64,000 bases of DNA, taken from NCBI GenBank assembly GCA_041611735.1, contig JBFIML010000021.1, positions 1 to 64,000 of the forward strand. The letters are read 5' to 3'. Within the stretch, counting starts at the first letter, position 1. Each line of letters begins with the position of its first letter. Below are positions 10,580-21,377 of this stretch, one piece after another. Origin of the DNA: Myxococcota bacterium. GTDB lineage: Bacteria; Myxococcota_A; UBA9160; PR03. The notes under the pieces are model-generated. The model was not told where the DNA came from. It ran no database searches and worked only from the letters and a program-made list of their open reading frames with translations. Position numbers and translations under genes: made by a program.

Positions 10580-12769
10580 CTACTCCTGGGCCGCGAGCTC
10601 CGCGAGCGCCTCCTTGCGGGAGAGACGAACACGGCCGGTGGGGTCGATGTCGATGCACTTGGCCAGCACCTCGTCCCCCTCGGACACCACGTCCGTCACC
10701 TTCTCGACCCGCCCCTCGGCAAGCTGGCTGACGTGGATCAGGCCGTCGGTGCCCGGGAAGATCTCGGCGAAGGCGCCGAAGTCCGTGATTCGCTTCACCT
10801 TGGTCAGGTAGATGCGGCCGATCTCGGGCTCCTGGGTCAGCTCCTCGATCATGGCCTGCGCTCGCGCCAGCTTGCTCGCATCGGGAGCGAAGACATGCAC
10901 CTCGCCCGAGTCGTCCACGTCCACCTTGGTGCCGGTCGACTCCTGGATGGCGCGGATCACCTTGCCGCCGGGCCCGATCAGGTCCCGGATGCGGTCGGGC
11001 TTGATCCAGATGACGCCCAGCCGCGGCGCGTACGGCGACATGTCGGCCCGGGCCTCGAAGCGACCGCCCAGGGCCTCGAGCGCGTCCGCCTCCATCCGGT
11101 CGAGGATGTGCAGGCGTCCCTGCCGGGCCTGCTCCAGGGCCCGTTCCATCACCGCCCAGTCCACGCTGCGGATCTTGATGTCCATCTGCACGGCCGTCAC
11201 GCCTTCGCGCGTCCCGGCCACCTTGAAGTCCATGTCGCCCAGGTGGTCCTCGTCGCCGAGGATGTCCGACAGCACCGCGACCCGATCGCCTTCTTCGATC
11301 AGGCCCATGGCGATGCCCGCCACCGGAGCCTTGATCGGAACGCCTGCGTCCATGAGTGCGAGGGTGGCGCCGCACACCGTGGCCATGGACGAGGAGCCGT
11401 TCGACTCCAGCACTTCCGCCACGATGCGGATCGTGTAGGGGAACGCATCCCGCTCCGGGAGCACCGCCTGCAGCGCGCGCTCCGCCAGGACGCCGTGGCC
11501 CACCTCGCGGCGACCGGGTCCGCGCAACATGCGCGCCTCCCCTACCGAGAAGGGCGGGAAGTTGTAGTGCAACATGAAGGGCTTCTGGTAGCGCTCGGTC
11601 AGGGCGTCGATGGTCTGCCGGTCGTCGTTGCTTCCCAGCGTCGCGTAGACCAGCGCCTGGGTTTCGCCCCGGGTGAAGAGCGCCACCCCGTGCGCGCGCG
11701 GCACCACGCGCAGCTCGCAGGCGATGGAGCGCACGTCGGCGGGAGCGCGGCCGTCGATGCGCACGGCCTCGTCCACGGTGCGCTTGCGCATCAGCTCGGC
11801 CCGCAGGTCGCGCAGGATGCTGCGGGTCTGGCCGGCCAACCGCCGCAATCCCTCGCGGCGCTCGTCCAGGGCGGCCAGGCTGTCGAGGGAGACCGGCGCG
11901 CGGCGGAACTCGTCCACCAACGCCCCGACGACCTCCGTCTCCACGGCCCGGATCGCCTCGTATCGCTCCGCCTTCACGGGAATGCGCACGGCTTCCCGCA
12001 GGCGGGCCTCGGCCAGCTCCCGCGCGCGACGCTCCAGCTGGCTCTTGTCTTCGGGCGGGGGAAGCTGCCGCTTCGGCCGCCCCACCCGGCTGCGCAGCTC
12101 CTCCTGGACGTCCAGGAGCGGCATCAGCTGTTCGTGGGCGAAACGGAGCGCGGCGAGGATCTCGGGCTCGGGCACCTGCTTGGCGCCCCCCTCCACCATC
12201 ACCAGGGCGGAGCGGCCGCCTGCGACGACCAGGTCGAGATCGCTCTCGTCCAGCTGGGAACGCAGCGGGTTGCAGACGAACTGCCCGTCCCGGCGCCCGA
12301 CCCGAACCGCGGCGATGGGGCCGAGGAACGGAACGTCCGAGAGGGTGAGGGCGGTGGAGGCCCCCAGGAAGGCCGCCACGTCGGGCAGGTTCTCGCCGTC
12401 GGCGGAAAGCACCGTGGCGATGATCTGGGTCTCGTCCCGATAGCCCTCGGCGAACAGCGGCCGGATCGACCGGTCGATGAAGCGCGAGACCAGGATCTCG
12501 CGATCCGAGAGCCGGCCCTCGCGCTTGAAGAAGCCGCCGGGGATCTTGCCGGCCGCCGAGGTCTTCTCCACGAAGTCCACGGTGAGCGGGAAGAAGTCGA
12601 TCCCCTCGCGGGGGGCCGCCGTGGCCGCCGTGACGAGCACGACGGTCTCGCCGCAGGTGACGAGCGCTGCACCCGCGGCCTGCTTGGCCATGCGGCCGGT
12701 CTCGATGGTCATGGTGCGGCCGCCCACCTGGCAGTGGACGGTCTCGGGCTGGAACCAGTAGGAAGGCAT
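10580..12769 (-). CDS. pnp: Polyribonucleotide nucleotidyltransferase (PNPase)
   Basis: [50 protein letters not shown], plus KH (IGPGGKVI) and S1 domains. Confidence 0.98.
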   Translation of the reverse strand: MPSYWFQPETVHCQVGGRTMTIETGRMAKQAAGAALVTCGETVVLVTAATAAPREGIDFFPLTVDFVEKTSAAGKIPGGFFKREGRLSDREILVSRFIDRSIRPLFAEGYRDETQIIATVLSADGENLPDVAAFLGASTALTLSDVPFLGPIAAVRVGRRDGQFVCNPLRSQLDESDLDLVVAGGRSALVMVEGGAKQVPEPEILAALRFAHEQLMPLLDVQEELRSRVGRPKRQLPPPEDKSQLERRARELAEARLREAVRIPVKAERYEAIRAVETEVVGALVDEFRRAPVSLDSLAALDERREGLRRLAGQTRSILRDLRAELMRKRTVDEAVRIDGRAPADVRSIACELRVVPRAHGVALFTRGETQALVYATLGSNDDRQTIDALTERYQKPFMLHYNFPPFSVGEARMLRGPGRREVGHGVLAERALQAVLPERDAFPYTIRIVAEVLESNGSSSMATVCGATLALMDAGVPIKAPVAGIAMGLIEEGDRVAVLSDILGDEDHLGDMDFKVAGTREGVTAVQMDIKIRSVDWAVMERALEQARQGRLHILDRMEADALEALGGRFEARADMSPYAPRLGVIWIKPDRIRDLIGPGGKVIRAIQESTGTKVDVDDSGEVHVFAPDASKLARAQAMIEELTQEPEIGRIYLTKVKRITDFGAFAEIFPGTDGLIHVSQLAEGRVEKVTDVVSEGDEVLAKCIDIDPTGRVRLSRKEALAELAAQE

Positions 12770-12842
12770 CCGTCAATGATCTCCTCTCCGGCACCCGCAA
12801 GCCGGGGGCCGGAGCTCGAGGACGGCGCCGGGGGAGGGACGC

Positions 12843-12957
12843 GGCGGCATGCAGGATCGGGGATGCGCGAAGCTGCGGGTCGCCGGAATCGGGAGCTTCC
12901 CGCACGCCGCTTCGCGGATCGCCGAGTCCTACATCCCGCAGGCCGATCCGCACCGCC
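12843..12957 (-). promoter_or_regulatory. Long imperfect stem-loop in the rpsO-pnp spacer (putative RNase III/autoregulatory pnp leader)
   Basis: Nested complementary blocks ggatcgg/ccgatcc, gggatg/catccc, cgcgaagc/gcttcgcg and tgcggg/cccgca. Confidence 0.55.
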
Positions 12958-13017
12958 CGGGTCGTCCGTGAACCAGACAAGGCCGCCCCGCTCCGGAACG
13001 GCCGCTCGCGCCTCCGC

Positions 13018-13284
13018 CTACCGCCGCAGACCGAGGCGCTCGATCAAGGCCTGATATCGCGCTGGGTCGTACCTCCGCAGGTAATCGAGCAGGCGGCGAC
13101 GCTGGCTCACGATCTTGAGCAGCCCCCGCCGCGAGTGATGGTCCTTGCCGTGGGCCTTGAAGTGCTCGGAGAGCCCGTTGATGCGTTCGGTGAGGAGCGC
13201 CGCCTGGACTTCCGGCGATCCGGTGTCCGCGTCGTGGGTTCGGAACTCCTGGATCAGGGCCTGCTTGCGTTGGGACGCGATCAA
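13018..13284 (-). CDS. rpsO: 30S ribosomal protein S15
   Basis: [30 protein letters not shown] start after a GGAG Shine-Dalgarno gives 88 aa. Confidence 0.97.
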   Translation of the reverse strand: MIASQRKQALIQEFRTHDADTGSPEVQAALLTERINGLSEHFKAHGKDHHSRRGLLKIVSQRRRLLDYLRRYDPARYQALIERLGLRR

Positions 13285-13302
13285 GCGGACGACTCCCCCC
13301 GG

Positions 13303-13383
13303 GATCGGGCGGCGCGGTGCACCGGCACTCCCCGGACCCTGGCCGCGCCGCCGATCAGTACCAGAATCAGCGGGTTGCAGCAA
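13303..13383 (-). promoter_or_regulatory. Candidate rpsO promoter and leader hairpin
   Basis: TTGCTG-N17-TACTGA (with upstream TG) at 13383-13355. A 14-bp stem GATCGGCGGCGCGG/CCGCGCCGCCCGATC spans 13303-13356, just before the SD. Confidence 0.45.
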
Positions 13384-14305
13384 GGCGGCGCAGCACGCGG
13401 AGGGGGCGAAGGCGACGGTCGGGCCCCACCTCCAGAATGGCGATCAGGGCCCCGGTGGGATCGAGCGCCGCCAGGCGCTCGCCGGGCTGGCGCACGGCCC
13501 CTCCGCTCGGCAGGGCCCCGCCGTGGAGCACCCGGCCGGCGTCCGCCGCGGCGAGCCGCAGCGTGGGCAGGCCGAGCACCGCCACCGGGCGCAGCAGCCT
13601 GGCGTCCAGGGCGCCGCCCTCCGCCGCCCGCTCCAACGCCTCCGGCGGCTCGGCCTGGGAGATTTCGAAGGGCCCGCTACGCAGCCGGCAGAGCGACTTC
13701 AAGTAGGCGCCGCACCCGAGTCGCGCCCCCACGTCCGCCGCCAGGGCTCGCACGTAGGTCCCGGGCGAGCACTGCACCTCGATGCGCGCCTCGGGCGGGT
13801 CGAAGCCGAGCAGGTCGAAGCGGTCGATGCGTACCTTGCGCGGCGAGCGTTCCACCTCCTCGCCCCGCCGCGCCAGCCGGTAGAGGGGTACGCCGCCCTG
13901 CTTCACGGCGCTGAACATGGGCGGAAGCTGCTCGTGCTCACCGCAGAAGGAGGCGAGCACCTCCGTGAGCATGCGCGCGTCGGGAAGCGGCCCCGAGTGG
14001 CGAGCCACCACGCGCCCGTCGCCATCCTGTGTGTCGGTCTCGACCCCGAGGTGGACGGTGCCCCGGTAGACCTTCGGATCGCCGCTCACGAAGGGAATCA
14101 GCTTGGTGGCCTCGCGCACCGCCAGCGGAAGCACGCCGGTGGCCTGGGGGTCCAGGGTTCCCAGATGACCCACGCGTCGCGTGCCGAACCAGCGGCGGGC
14201 CGCGTCCACCGCATCGTGGGAGGTCCAGCCCGGCGGCTTGTCCACCACCAGGAATCCGCTGGGCCCCGGCGACTCGGGGGCCCGCCGCCTAGCCCGTCGG
14301 CTCAT
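13367..14305 (-). CDS. truB: tRNA pseudouridine(55) synthase
   Basis: [40 protein letters not shown]. Confidence 0.96.
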   Translation of the reverse strand: MSRRARRRAPESPGPSGFLVVDKPPGWTSHDAVDAARRWFGTRRVGHLGTLDPQATGVLPLAVREATKLIPFVSGDPKVYRGTVHLGVETDTQDGDGRVVARHSGPLPDARMLTEVLASFCGEHEQLPPMFSAVKQGGVPLYRLARRGEEVERSPRKVRIDRFDLLGFDPPEARIEVQCSPGTYVRALAADVGARLGCGAYLKSLCRLRSGPFEISQAEPPEALERAAEGGALDARLLRPVAVLGLPTLRLAAADAGRVLHGGALPSGGAVRQPGERLAALDPTGALIAILEVGPDRRLRPLRVLRRLAATR

Positions 14306-14645
14306 GATCCAGACCCCGCAGGATGTCGAGCGCCCGGTCGCCCAGCTCCAGGGAGCGGTCGTGCCGGAAACTCAACGCCGGCATCCGCTTGAGGGGAAGC
14401 TCCCGGGCCAGCCTGCGCCGCAGGAAGGCCGCCGCCCCCGCCAATGCCGCCTCCACGGCTTCGCGAGGCGTCGCATCGTCCGTCTCGATCCGGCTCCAGA
14501 ACACGATCGCCTGGGAGAGGTCCGGTGACACGTCCACGCGCGTCAGGCTGAGCAGCGCCAGGCGCGGATCGCCCGCGTCCTCGCGCAGGATGCGGGCGAT
14601 CTCGGCGCGCAGTTGCTCCGCCACCCGTTCGAGCCGACGCGACAT
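14289..14645 (-). CDS. rbfA: Ribosome-binding factor A
   Basis: RRLERVAEQL, DPRL, VDVSPDLS, LKRMPALSFRHDRS. Canonical position between infB and truB. Confidence 0.93.
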   Translation of the reverse strand: MSRRLERVAEQLRAEIARILREDAGDPRLALLSLTRVDVSPDLSQAIVFWSRIETDDATPREAVEAALAGAAAFLRRRLARELPLKRMPALSFRHDRSLELGDRALDILRGLDHEPTG

Positions 14646-14648
14646 GCC

Positions 14649-15002
14649 TCAATCCTCCGACCCCTCGTCGGCCGGGTCCCCGAACTCGTCCGGCTCCCAG
14701 GTGCCCTCGCTGAGGGGCAGGGCGAGCACGTCCACGTCGCAGCCCCGCACCTCGGCGAGGTGTAGCTCCTCCACGTACTCGAGAGCGCGCTCCAGGACGT
14801 GGCGCACCGAGACCTCGTCGCGCCCCAGCGTGGCCAGGCCGAGCACCGCTCGCTGCCACGTGTCCTGCCCGCCCACCTCGGCCACGGAGAGATTGAATCG
14901 GTTGCGCACCCGCTGCGTGATCGAGCGGATCACGCCTCGCTTCTGCTTGAGGGATCGGCAGCCGTGCACCTGGAGCTCGACGACGGCCACTCCCACGGTC
15001 AT
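14649..15002 (-). CDS. DUF503 (YlxP-like) protein
   Basis: SLKQKRGVIRSI, RFNLSVAEVGGQDTWQRA. Located between infB and rbfA. Confidence 0.88.
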   Translation of the reverse strand: MTVGVAVVELQVHGCRSLKQKRGVIRSITQRVRNRFNLSVAEVGGQDTWQRAVLGLATLGRDEVSVRHVLERALEYVEELHLAEVRGCDVDVLALPLSEGTWEPDEFGDPADEGSED

Positions 15003-17431
15003 TCGAGCTGGGCCGGCGCCTCTTGCACCTCGTAGGCCTCGACCACGTCACCGACCTTGACGTCGTTGAAGCTCTCGATGCCGATGCCGCACTCGAAGCC
15101 GCTCTGGACCTCGCGCGCGTCGTCCTTGAAGCGTTTGAGCGACCCGATTCGGCCGTCCCAGACCTGGACACCGTCGCGCAGCAGCCGGCAGCGGGCGTTG
15201 CGGCGCACCAGCCCTTCCGTCACGTAGGAGCCCGCCACGGTGCCGGCGCGCGGCACCTGGAAGATGCGCCGAACCTCGGCCCGACCGAGCACCTTCTCCT
15301 CGAGCCGGGGCGGCAGCAGGCCGGCCATGGCCTTGCGCACGTCGTCCGTGAGCTCGTAGATCACGGTGTAGGCGCGCACGTCCACGCCCTGCCCTTCGGC
15401 AGACCGGCGCGCCGCCGAGTCCGGACGTACGTTGAAGCCGATGACGACCGCGTCGCTTGCCTTGGCGAGCATGACGTCGCTCTCGGAGATGGCGCCGACG
15501 CCGGCGTGGATCACCTTCACCTGCACGGTTTCGGTGGAGAGCTTCTCGAGCGCGTCCCGTACCGCCTCCACGGAGCCATGCACGTCGCCCTTGAGCACGA
15601 CCGTGAGCTCCTTGGGCCCCTCGCCTTCCGCCTCGGCGAAGATCTCCTCGAGGCTGCGCCGGGGCCGCGTCTCCACCGGGCGGCCGCGCTGCTCCGCGGC
15701 CCGGTGCTCGGCGATCTCGCGGGCCACGCGTTCGGACTCGACCGCATGCACGGCCTGGCCGGCTTCCGGCACTTCGGAGAGGCCGATCACCTGCACCGGC
15801 ATGGCGGGGCCCGCCTGCTTCAGGCGCTGCCCGCGCTCGTTCTCCATGGCCCGTACGCGCCCCTGGCTCGTTCCGACCACCAGCGTGTCGCCCTGGTGCA
15901 GCGTCCCGTCCTGCACCAGCACGGTGGCCACCACACCGCGCCCCCGGTCGAGCCGGGCCTCGAGCACGATGCCCTGGGCGCGCTTCTCCCCATGCGCCTT
16001 GAGCTCCAGCACCTCCGCCTGGAGCAGGATCATCTCGAGCAGCTGGTCGAGTCCGCTGCCCTTGAGGGCCGAGACGTCCACGCAGATCGTGTCGCCGCCG
16101 AACTCCTCGGGTACGAGCCCGTGCTCCATCAGGCGTTGCCGCACCTGGGCGGGGTTGGCTTCCGGCAGGTCGCACTTGTTCACGGCCACGAGGATGGGCA
16201 CCCCGGCGGCTCGGGCGTGAGCGATGGCCTCGACCGTCTGCGGCATGATGCCCTCGCTGGCTGCCACCACCAGCACGACCAGATCGGTCACGTGCGCGCC
16301 CCGGGCGCGCATCAGGGTGAAGGCCTCGTGGCCCGGCGTGTCGATGAAGGTGATCCTCTTGTCGCCCACGGCCACCTGATAGGCCCCGATGTGCTGGGTG
16401 ATGCCGCCGGCCTCTCCGGAGACCACGTTGGTCTTGCGCATTGCGTCGAGCAACGAGGTCTTGCCGTGGTCCACGTGGCCCATCACCGTCACGATGGGCG
16501 GACGCGGGACCCTCTCGCCCTCGGTGACCGGCTCGGCGCCCAGGAACTCCTCCTCCCGGAAGCCCACGTCCTCGAGCTCGAAGCCATAGGCCTCGGCCAG
16601 CTGTCGGGCGGTGTCCACCTCGATGCTCTGGTTCAAGGAGGCCATGGTGCCGAGCGCCATGAGCCGCCCCTGCAGGTCGGCCGCCTTCACGCCGAGCAGC
16701 CGCGCGAGCTCCGCCACGGCCACGGCCCCCTCCACGCGCACCACGCGTCGGGCGGGCTTCGGCTTGGCAGCCGGAACCGGCTTCGGCGCCGGCGCGTCGC
16801 GGCGGCGCCGGCGCGGCGACGCAAGGGCACGGGGATCCACGGTGACCGAGCGCCGCAGCGTGCGGCTCGTCACCTGACGCGCGATCTGCTCCTGCTCGCG
16901 CAGGTTCACCACCTCGCGCACGCGCTTGCGCTGCTTGCCGCGACCCGGCGCTGCGGCCGCGTCGCCCTCTCCGCGACGCGCGACGGCTTCTCCGCCGCGC
17001 GGCTCGGCTGCTGCCGCGGGGCGCTCCGCCACGGCGGGCGCCACCGGCGCCGACGGCTCCAGGACGGGCGCCTCGGGTGCGGGCGCCTCCGGCTCCACCC
17101 CCGACACGCCGGGCAGGACCGGCTGCGCCGCGGCCCCCTCCTCGCCCTCCGCGAGCTCCGGGGCCGGGGCCACGGGCTCCGGCTTGGGCGGCGGCGCCAC
17201 CCGCTTGCGACGGCGGATCACGGCCGCGCCACCGGCCCGCTCGACGCGCCGCTCCACCACCTGGCCGCTCCGCGCGCCGCCGATCTTTTCCCGCAGGAGC
17301 TGAGCTTCCGCTTCGGTGAGCGAGGCCATGGGGCTCTTCAAGGCGACGCCGAACGCCTGCGCCTTCTCGACCAGCTCGTTGCGGTCGACCCCGAGCTCCT
17401 CGGCCAGCTTGTAGGCTCTGATCTGCGTCAT
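14999..17431 (-). CDS. infB: Translation initiation factor IF-2
   Basis: [42 protein letters not shown]...ECGI. Confidence 0.98.
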   Translation of the reverse strand: MTQIRAYKLAEELGVDRNELVEKAQAFGVALKSPMASLTEAEAQLLREKIGGARSGQVVERRVERAGGAAVIRRRKRVAPPPKPEPVAPAPELAEGEEGAAAQPVLPGVSGVEPEAPAPEAPVLEPSAPVAPAVAERPAAAAEPRGGEAVARRGEGDAAAAPGRGKQRKRVREVVNLREQEQIARQVTSRTLRRSVTVDPRALASPRRRRRDAPAPKPVPAAKPKPARRVVRVEGAVAVAELARLLGVKAADLQGRLMALGTMASLNQSIEVDTARQLAEAYGFELEDVGFREEEFLGAEPVTEGERVPRPPIVTVMGHVDHGKTSLLDAMRKTNVVSGEAGGITQHIGAYQVAVGDKRITFIDTPGHEAFTLMRARGAHVTDLVVLVVAASEGIMPQTVEAIAHARAAGVPILVAVNKCDLPEANPAQVRQRLMEHGLVPEEFGGDTICVDVSALKGSGLDQLLEMILLQAEVLELKAHGEKRAQGIVLEARLDRGRGVVATVLVQDGTLHQGDTLVVGTSQGRVRAMENERGQRLKQAGPAMPVQVIGLSEVPEAGQAVHAVESERVAREIAEHRAAEQRGRPVETRPRRSLEEIFAEAEGEGPKELTVVLKGDVHGSVEAVRDALEKLSTETVQVKVIHAGVGAISESDVMLAKASDAVVIGFNVRPDSAARRSAEGQGVDVRAYTVIYELTDDVRKAMAGLLPPRLEEKVLGRAEVRRIFQVPRAGTVAGSYVTEGLVRRNARCRLLRDGVQVWDGRIGSLKRFKDDAREVQSGFECGIGIESFNDVKVGDVVEAYEVQEAPAQLE

Positions 17432-17487
17432 CGACTTCCGTTGCGACCGCCCGCTGCGCGGGACCGGACGCTATCGCAGCCCTCCGC

Positions 17488-18921
17488 TCAGCGCGCCGGG
17501 CTGGTCCCCTCCGCGGGCGCTGCCGGGGCGGCCTCCTCGCGCTCCGCGCCGGGTGCCCCCTCGGCGCCGGCCGCAGCGGGCTCCGCCTCCGCAGCCTGCT
17601 CCGCCGCCGCGGCCTGCTCCGCCGCCAGGCGCGCCTCCTCGGCGGCGAGGCGGGCCTCCTCGGCGAGGCGGGCCTCCTCCTCCATGCGCTTCTGCTCCGC
17701 CAGCTCCAGGGCCCGCTGCTTGATGGCCTGGGCTCCGGCCTCGTCGATGCCCGGCAGCGAGTTCAGCAGCTCCGTCGGACACGCCGCCAGGTCCTCCAGG
17801 GAGGTGATGCCCTGCTGGAGCAGGATCTCCCCCTCCGGCTCGCCGCAGCCCTCGACGACCGAGGCGGCCTCGGCGAGCCACTGGGCCACCTCGCGCATCT
17901 TCGACTCGCTCTTGATGTCGATCCGCCAGCCCGTGAGCTGGACGGCCAGGCGGACGTTCTGACCCTTGCGCCCGATGGCGAGCGAGAGCTGATCGTCCGG
18001 CACGATCACGTCCATCGACTTCTCGGCCTCGTCGATGATCACCTTCGACACCTGGGCCGGCGAGAGCGCGCTGCACACGTAGCGGGCCGGATCCGGGCTC
18101 CAGGGCACGATGTCGATGCGCTCTCCGCGCATCTCCTGCACCACCGCCTGCACGCGACTTCCCTTCATGCCGACGCACGCGCCCACCGGGTCCACGTCGC
18201 TGTCCCGGGACGCCACGGCGATCTTCGAGCGCACACCGGGCTCGCGGGCGACGGAATCGATCGTCACGATGCCCTCGTAGATCTCCGGCACCTCCTGCGC
18301 GAAGAGCTTGATGAGCAGCTCCGTGCAAGCGCGCGACAGGACGATCTGGGGCCCCTTGGTGGCCTTGTTCACGTCCAGCACGTAGGCGCGGATGCGATCG
18401 CCGGGCCGGTAGCTCTCGCGCGGCGTCTGCTCCTTCGGGGGCAGCACCGCCTCGGCCCGGCCCAGATCCACCACGATCGAGCCCTTCTCGAAGCGCCGCA
18501 CGATCCCGTTCACGACCTCGCCCTTGCGGTCCTTGTACTCCTCGTAGATCAGGTCGCGCTCCGCATCGCGGATGCGCTGGATGATCACCTGCTTGGCCGT
18601 CTGGGCGAGGATGCGGCCGAACCCGCTCGTGTCGAGCTTCACGCCGATCTCGTCGCCCAGCTCCACGTCCGGATCGAGCTCTCGGGCCCGACCCAGGGCG
18701 ACCTGCGCCTGCTCGTCTCCCACCTCCTCCACGACGGTGCGGAACTCGAACAGCTCGATCTCGCCGGTCTCGTCGTTGAAGCGGGCCTCGATCTCCCGCT
18801 CCATCCCGTACTTCTTGCGGGCGGCCTGCCGCATGGCCTCCTCGAGCGCGCCGACGATCTCGGTGCGGTCGATGCCCTTGTCCTTGGCGATCTGGTCGAT
18901 CTCGCGCTTGAGCCCGATCAT
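17488..18921 (-). CDS. nusA: Transcription termination factor NusA
   Basis: FGRILAQTAKQVI, EVPEIYEG, DPVGACVGMKGSRV, LSLAIGRKGQNVRLA. Confidence 0.98.
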   Translation of the reverse strand: MIGLKREIDQIAKDKGIDRTEIVGALEEAMRQAARKKYGMEREIEARFNDETGEIELFEFRTVVEEVGDEQAQVALGRARELDPDVELGDEIGVKLDTSGFGRILAQTAKQVIIQRIRDAERDLIYEEYKDRKGEVVNGIVRRFEKGSIVVDLGRAEAVLPPKEQTPRESYRPGDRIRAYVLDVNKATKGPQIVLSRACTELLIKLFAQEVPEIYEGIVTIDSVAREPGVRSKIAVASRDSDVDPVGACVGMKGSRVQAVVQEMRGERIDIVPWSPDPARYVCSALSPAQVSKVIIDEAEKSMDVIVPDDQLSLAIGRKGQNVRLAVQLTGWRIDIKSESKMREVAQWLAEAASVVEGCGEPEGEILLQQGITSLEDLAACPTELLNSLPGIDEAGAQAIKQRALELAEQKRMEEEARLAEEARLAAEEARLAAEQAAAAEQAAEAEPAAAGAEGAPGAEREEAAPAAPAEGTSPAR

Positions 18922-19472
18922 GCTCGCTCCGCTCCGGCGCGCCCCGCCGCGGATCGCCGCCGGGCGGCGCGCCCACCCGGCCCGCCGCGACCGAAGTCGG
19001 CGCGCGTGAACTCGTACACGCGGTGCGCCCGCGCCACCTCGGCGAAGGGGATCTCCACCTCGACCCCGTCCACGAGCAGGCGCAGGACGCCCGCCTGGAA
19101 GCCCAGCAGACGTCCCCGGAAGCGGCGCCGTCCGGCCTGGGGCTGGCGCGTCTCGAGCCGCACCTCGCAGCCCCGGGCCGCCTCGAAATCCTTCTCCCGG
19201 GCCAGCACCCGGTCGAGACCCGGCGAGAAGACCTCCAGGAGGTAGCTACCCGGGAGCAGCTCCGAGACGTCGAGATGGCTGCCGAGCTCCCGGGAGAGGG
19301 CCGCGCACCCCTCCACCGACACCGCCCCGTCGCCGGCAGGGGTATCCACCACCACCCGCAGGCGCGCCGGGCCACGGCCCCGCAGCAGCTCGGCATCCAC
19401 GAGCTCGAGCCCGTGATCCGCGATCACGGGCTCGAGCAGGCTTCGAAGTTCCTGGGGAATGTCGCGATACAC
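18918..19472 (-). CDS. rimP: Ribosome maturation factor RimP
   Basis: GLELVD, VSVEGCAALSRELG, YLLEVFSPGLDRVL. First gene of the nusA-infB operon; GTG start inferred. Confidence 0.92.
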   Translation of the reverse strand: MYRDIPQELRSLLEPVIADHGLELVDAELLRGRGPARLRVVVDTPAGDGAVSVEGCAALSRELGSHLDVSELLPGSYLLEVFSPGLDRVLAREKDFEAARGCEVRLETRQPQAGRRRFRGRLLGFQAGVLRLLVDGVEVEIPFAEVARAHRVYEFTRADFGRGGPGGRAARRRSAAGRAGAERA

Positions 19473-19505
19473 GGAAGCCCCGCCCGCCGCGGCGGATTCG
19501 TGCCC

Positions 19506-19535
19506 AAACAAAAAAAGCGGACGCCGCGTCCACTT
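19506..19535 (-). terminator. rimP leader intrinsic terminator/attenuator
   Basis: Minus strand reads AAGTGGACG-CGG-CGTCCGCTT followed by a T-run. It lies between the promoter and the rimP start. Confidence 0.75.
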
Positions 19536-19580
19536 CCTTCCCGGCCGCGCCGCGCCAGCCGGACCGCTCAAGGTCGTCGT

Positions 19581-19609
19581 AACCTACCTGAATTGCAGGG
19601 GGATCGCAA
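19581..19609 (-). promoter_or_regulatory. Sigma70-type promoter of the rimP-nusA-infB operon
   Basis: TTGCGA-N17-TAGGTT on the minus strand. Confidence 0.6.
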
Positions 19610-19629
19610 ACCTCGGGGGAGGCGGCGGG

Positions 19630-20562
19630 CTAGCGGATCCCGGGCGCCTCCAGGCTGCCCACCAGGTCCGCCACCCGGGAGAAGCCATGGCGGGCGGCAT
19701 AGTCCGCGATCCCTTCCGCCACCTCCAGAGCCGCCAGTGGATTCAGGTAGTTGGCCGTGCCCACCTGCACCGCCCGGGCCCCGCACACCAGGAACTTCAC
19801 GGCATCCTCGCCGGTGGCGATGCCGCCGATGCCGCAGATCGGGATCGAGACGGCTTGGGCCGCCTGCCAGACCATGCGCAACGCCACCGGCCGGATGGCC
19901 GGCCCCGAGAGCCCGCCGACCACGTTGTGCAGCACGGGTCGGCGGCTGGCCAGATCCACCTCCAGGGCCTGGAGGGTGTTGATCAGGGAGATCCCGTTGG
20001 CCCCCTCGTCTTCGCAGACCCGGGCCGTCTCGGTTACGTCCGTCACGTTCGGGGAGAGCTTGACCAGCAGGGGGAGCGGGGTGGCGCGGCGCGCGGCACG
20101 GACCAGGGTGGCCAGCAGCCGGGGGTTCTGGCCGAACTCGATCCCTCCGCTCTTCACGTGGGGGCAGGAGGCGTTCAGCTCGATGCCGACCACCTTGGGT
20201 ACCCCGCTGAGCCGCTTGCAGACCTCGGCGTAGCGCTCCACCTCGGTCTCGAACACGCTGGCGATCACGGGCACGCCCTCCGGGAGGGCAGGCAGCTTCT
20301 CGGCGATGAAGGCCTCGACGCCCACGTTCTCGAGCCCGATGGCGTTGAGCAGGCCGGCGGGCGTCTCGGCGATGCGCGGGGGCGGGTTGCCCGAGCGGGG
20401 TTCCAGGGTCAGGCTCTTTGCCACGATCCCGCCGATGCGCCGGAGGTCGAAGAACGGCTCGAACTCGCTGCCGTACCCGAAGGTGCCGGAGGCGGTGAGC
20501 ACGGGATTGCGCAGCCGGATGCCGCCGAGGTCCACGCGCGCGTCCACGGAGCCCTCGCTCAC
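19630..20562 (-). CDS. pyrD: Dihydroorotate dehydrogenase, family 1B catalytic subunit
   Basis: NPVLTASGTFG, GNPPPRIAET, ELNASCPHV, VKLSPNV, GGLSGPAIRP. GTG overlaps the pyrK stop. Confidence 0.95.
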   Translation of the reverse strand: MSEGSVDARVDLGGIRLRNPVLTASGTFGYGSEFEPFFDLRRIGGIVAKSLTLEPRSGNPPPRIAETPAGLLNAIGLENVGVEAFIAEKLPALPEGVPVIASVFETEVERYAEVCKRLSGVPKVVGIELNASCPHVKSGGIEFGQNPRLLATLVRAARRATPLPLLVKLSPNVTDVTETARVCEDEGANGISLINTLQALEVDLASRRPVLHNVVGGLSGPAIRPVALRMVWQAAQAVSIPICGIGGIATGEDAVKFLVCGARAVQVGTANYLNPLAALEVAEGIADYAARHGFSRVADLVGSLEAPGIR

Positions 20563-21377
20563 GGCAGGCTCGGCCAGTGCACCGCGTCGGCGCCGAAGAC
20601 CGGCCCGTCCCGGCACACCAGGGCGAAGCCGCCGGCGGCTCGCGGGACGGCGCAGCCCAGGCAGACCCCGAAGCCGCAGGCCATGGTGTTCTCGAGCGAG
20701 ACCACGCACTCGAGCCCCTGGCTGCGGGCCAGCTCGGCGGCCCGGCGCATCATGGGAGTGGGCCCGCAGGCGTACACCGTGGCCGCGCCAGCCGACCCGA
20801 GCAGGTCCTCGAGGAGATCCGTCACGAGCCCGCGGTGCCCGACGCTTCCGTCCTCGGTGGCGACCCGCACCTCGATGTCGAGCGCCTCGAAGTCGGCGCG
20901 CCCCATCAGGTCGTCCGCCGAGCGGGCGCCGAGCAGCACGCGCACCGGGCCGCTTCGCGAGGCGCGCGCCGCCAGCTCGTAGAGCGAGGCGATGCCGGTT
21001 CCGCCGCCCACGAGGATCGCCGTGGCGCCGGCGGGAGCGGCCGGAAAGGCGCGACCGAGGGGCCCGACCGCACGCACCCGCTGGCCTGGGCGGGCCTCCG
21101 CCAGCAGCCCGGTCCCACGCCCCGTCACCTTGTAGAGGATCTCCAGGCGGGTGCCTTCCCGCTCCGCCCCGGCCCGGTAGACGGCCATGGGCCGGGGCAG
21201 CAGGGGGTCGCAACGCTCCACCGCCGGCCGGGCTCCCGGGGAGAGCATCACGAACTGACCCGGGCCGAAGCCGGGCCAACCGGGCACCCGCAAGGCGAGC
21301 CGACGGTTCGCTCCCCCCTCGACCCGGTTCTCGAGCACCGCCGCGTCGACGCGGAGCGGACGACCCGACGAGCTCAC
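20559..21377 (-). CDS. pyrK: Dihydroorotate dehydrogenase electron-transfer subunit
   Basis: PGQFVML, GPLG, GGGTGIA, YACGPTPMM, MACGFGVCLGC...VCRDGPVF (2Fe-2S). Confidence 0.93.
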   Translation of the reverse strand: MSSSGRPLRVDAAVLENRVEGGANRRLALRVPGWPGFGPGQFVMLSPGARPAVERCDPLLPRPMAVYRAGAEREGTRLEILYKVTGRGTGLLAEARPGQRVRAVGPLGRAFPAAPAGATAILVGGGTGIASLYELAARASRSGPVRVLLGARSADDLMGRADFEALDIEVRVATEDGSVGHRGLVTDLLEDLLGSAGAATVYACGPTPMMRRAAELARSQGLECVVSLENTMACGFGVCLGCAVPRAAGGFALVCRDGPVFGADAVHWPSLP

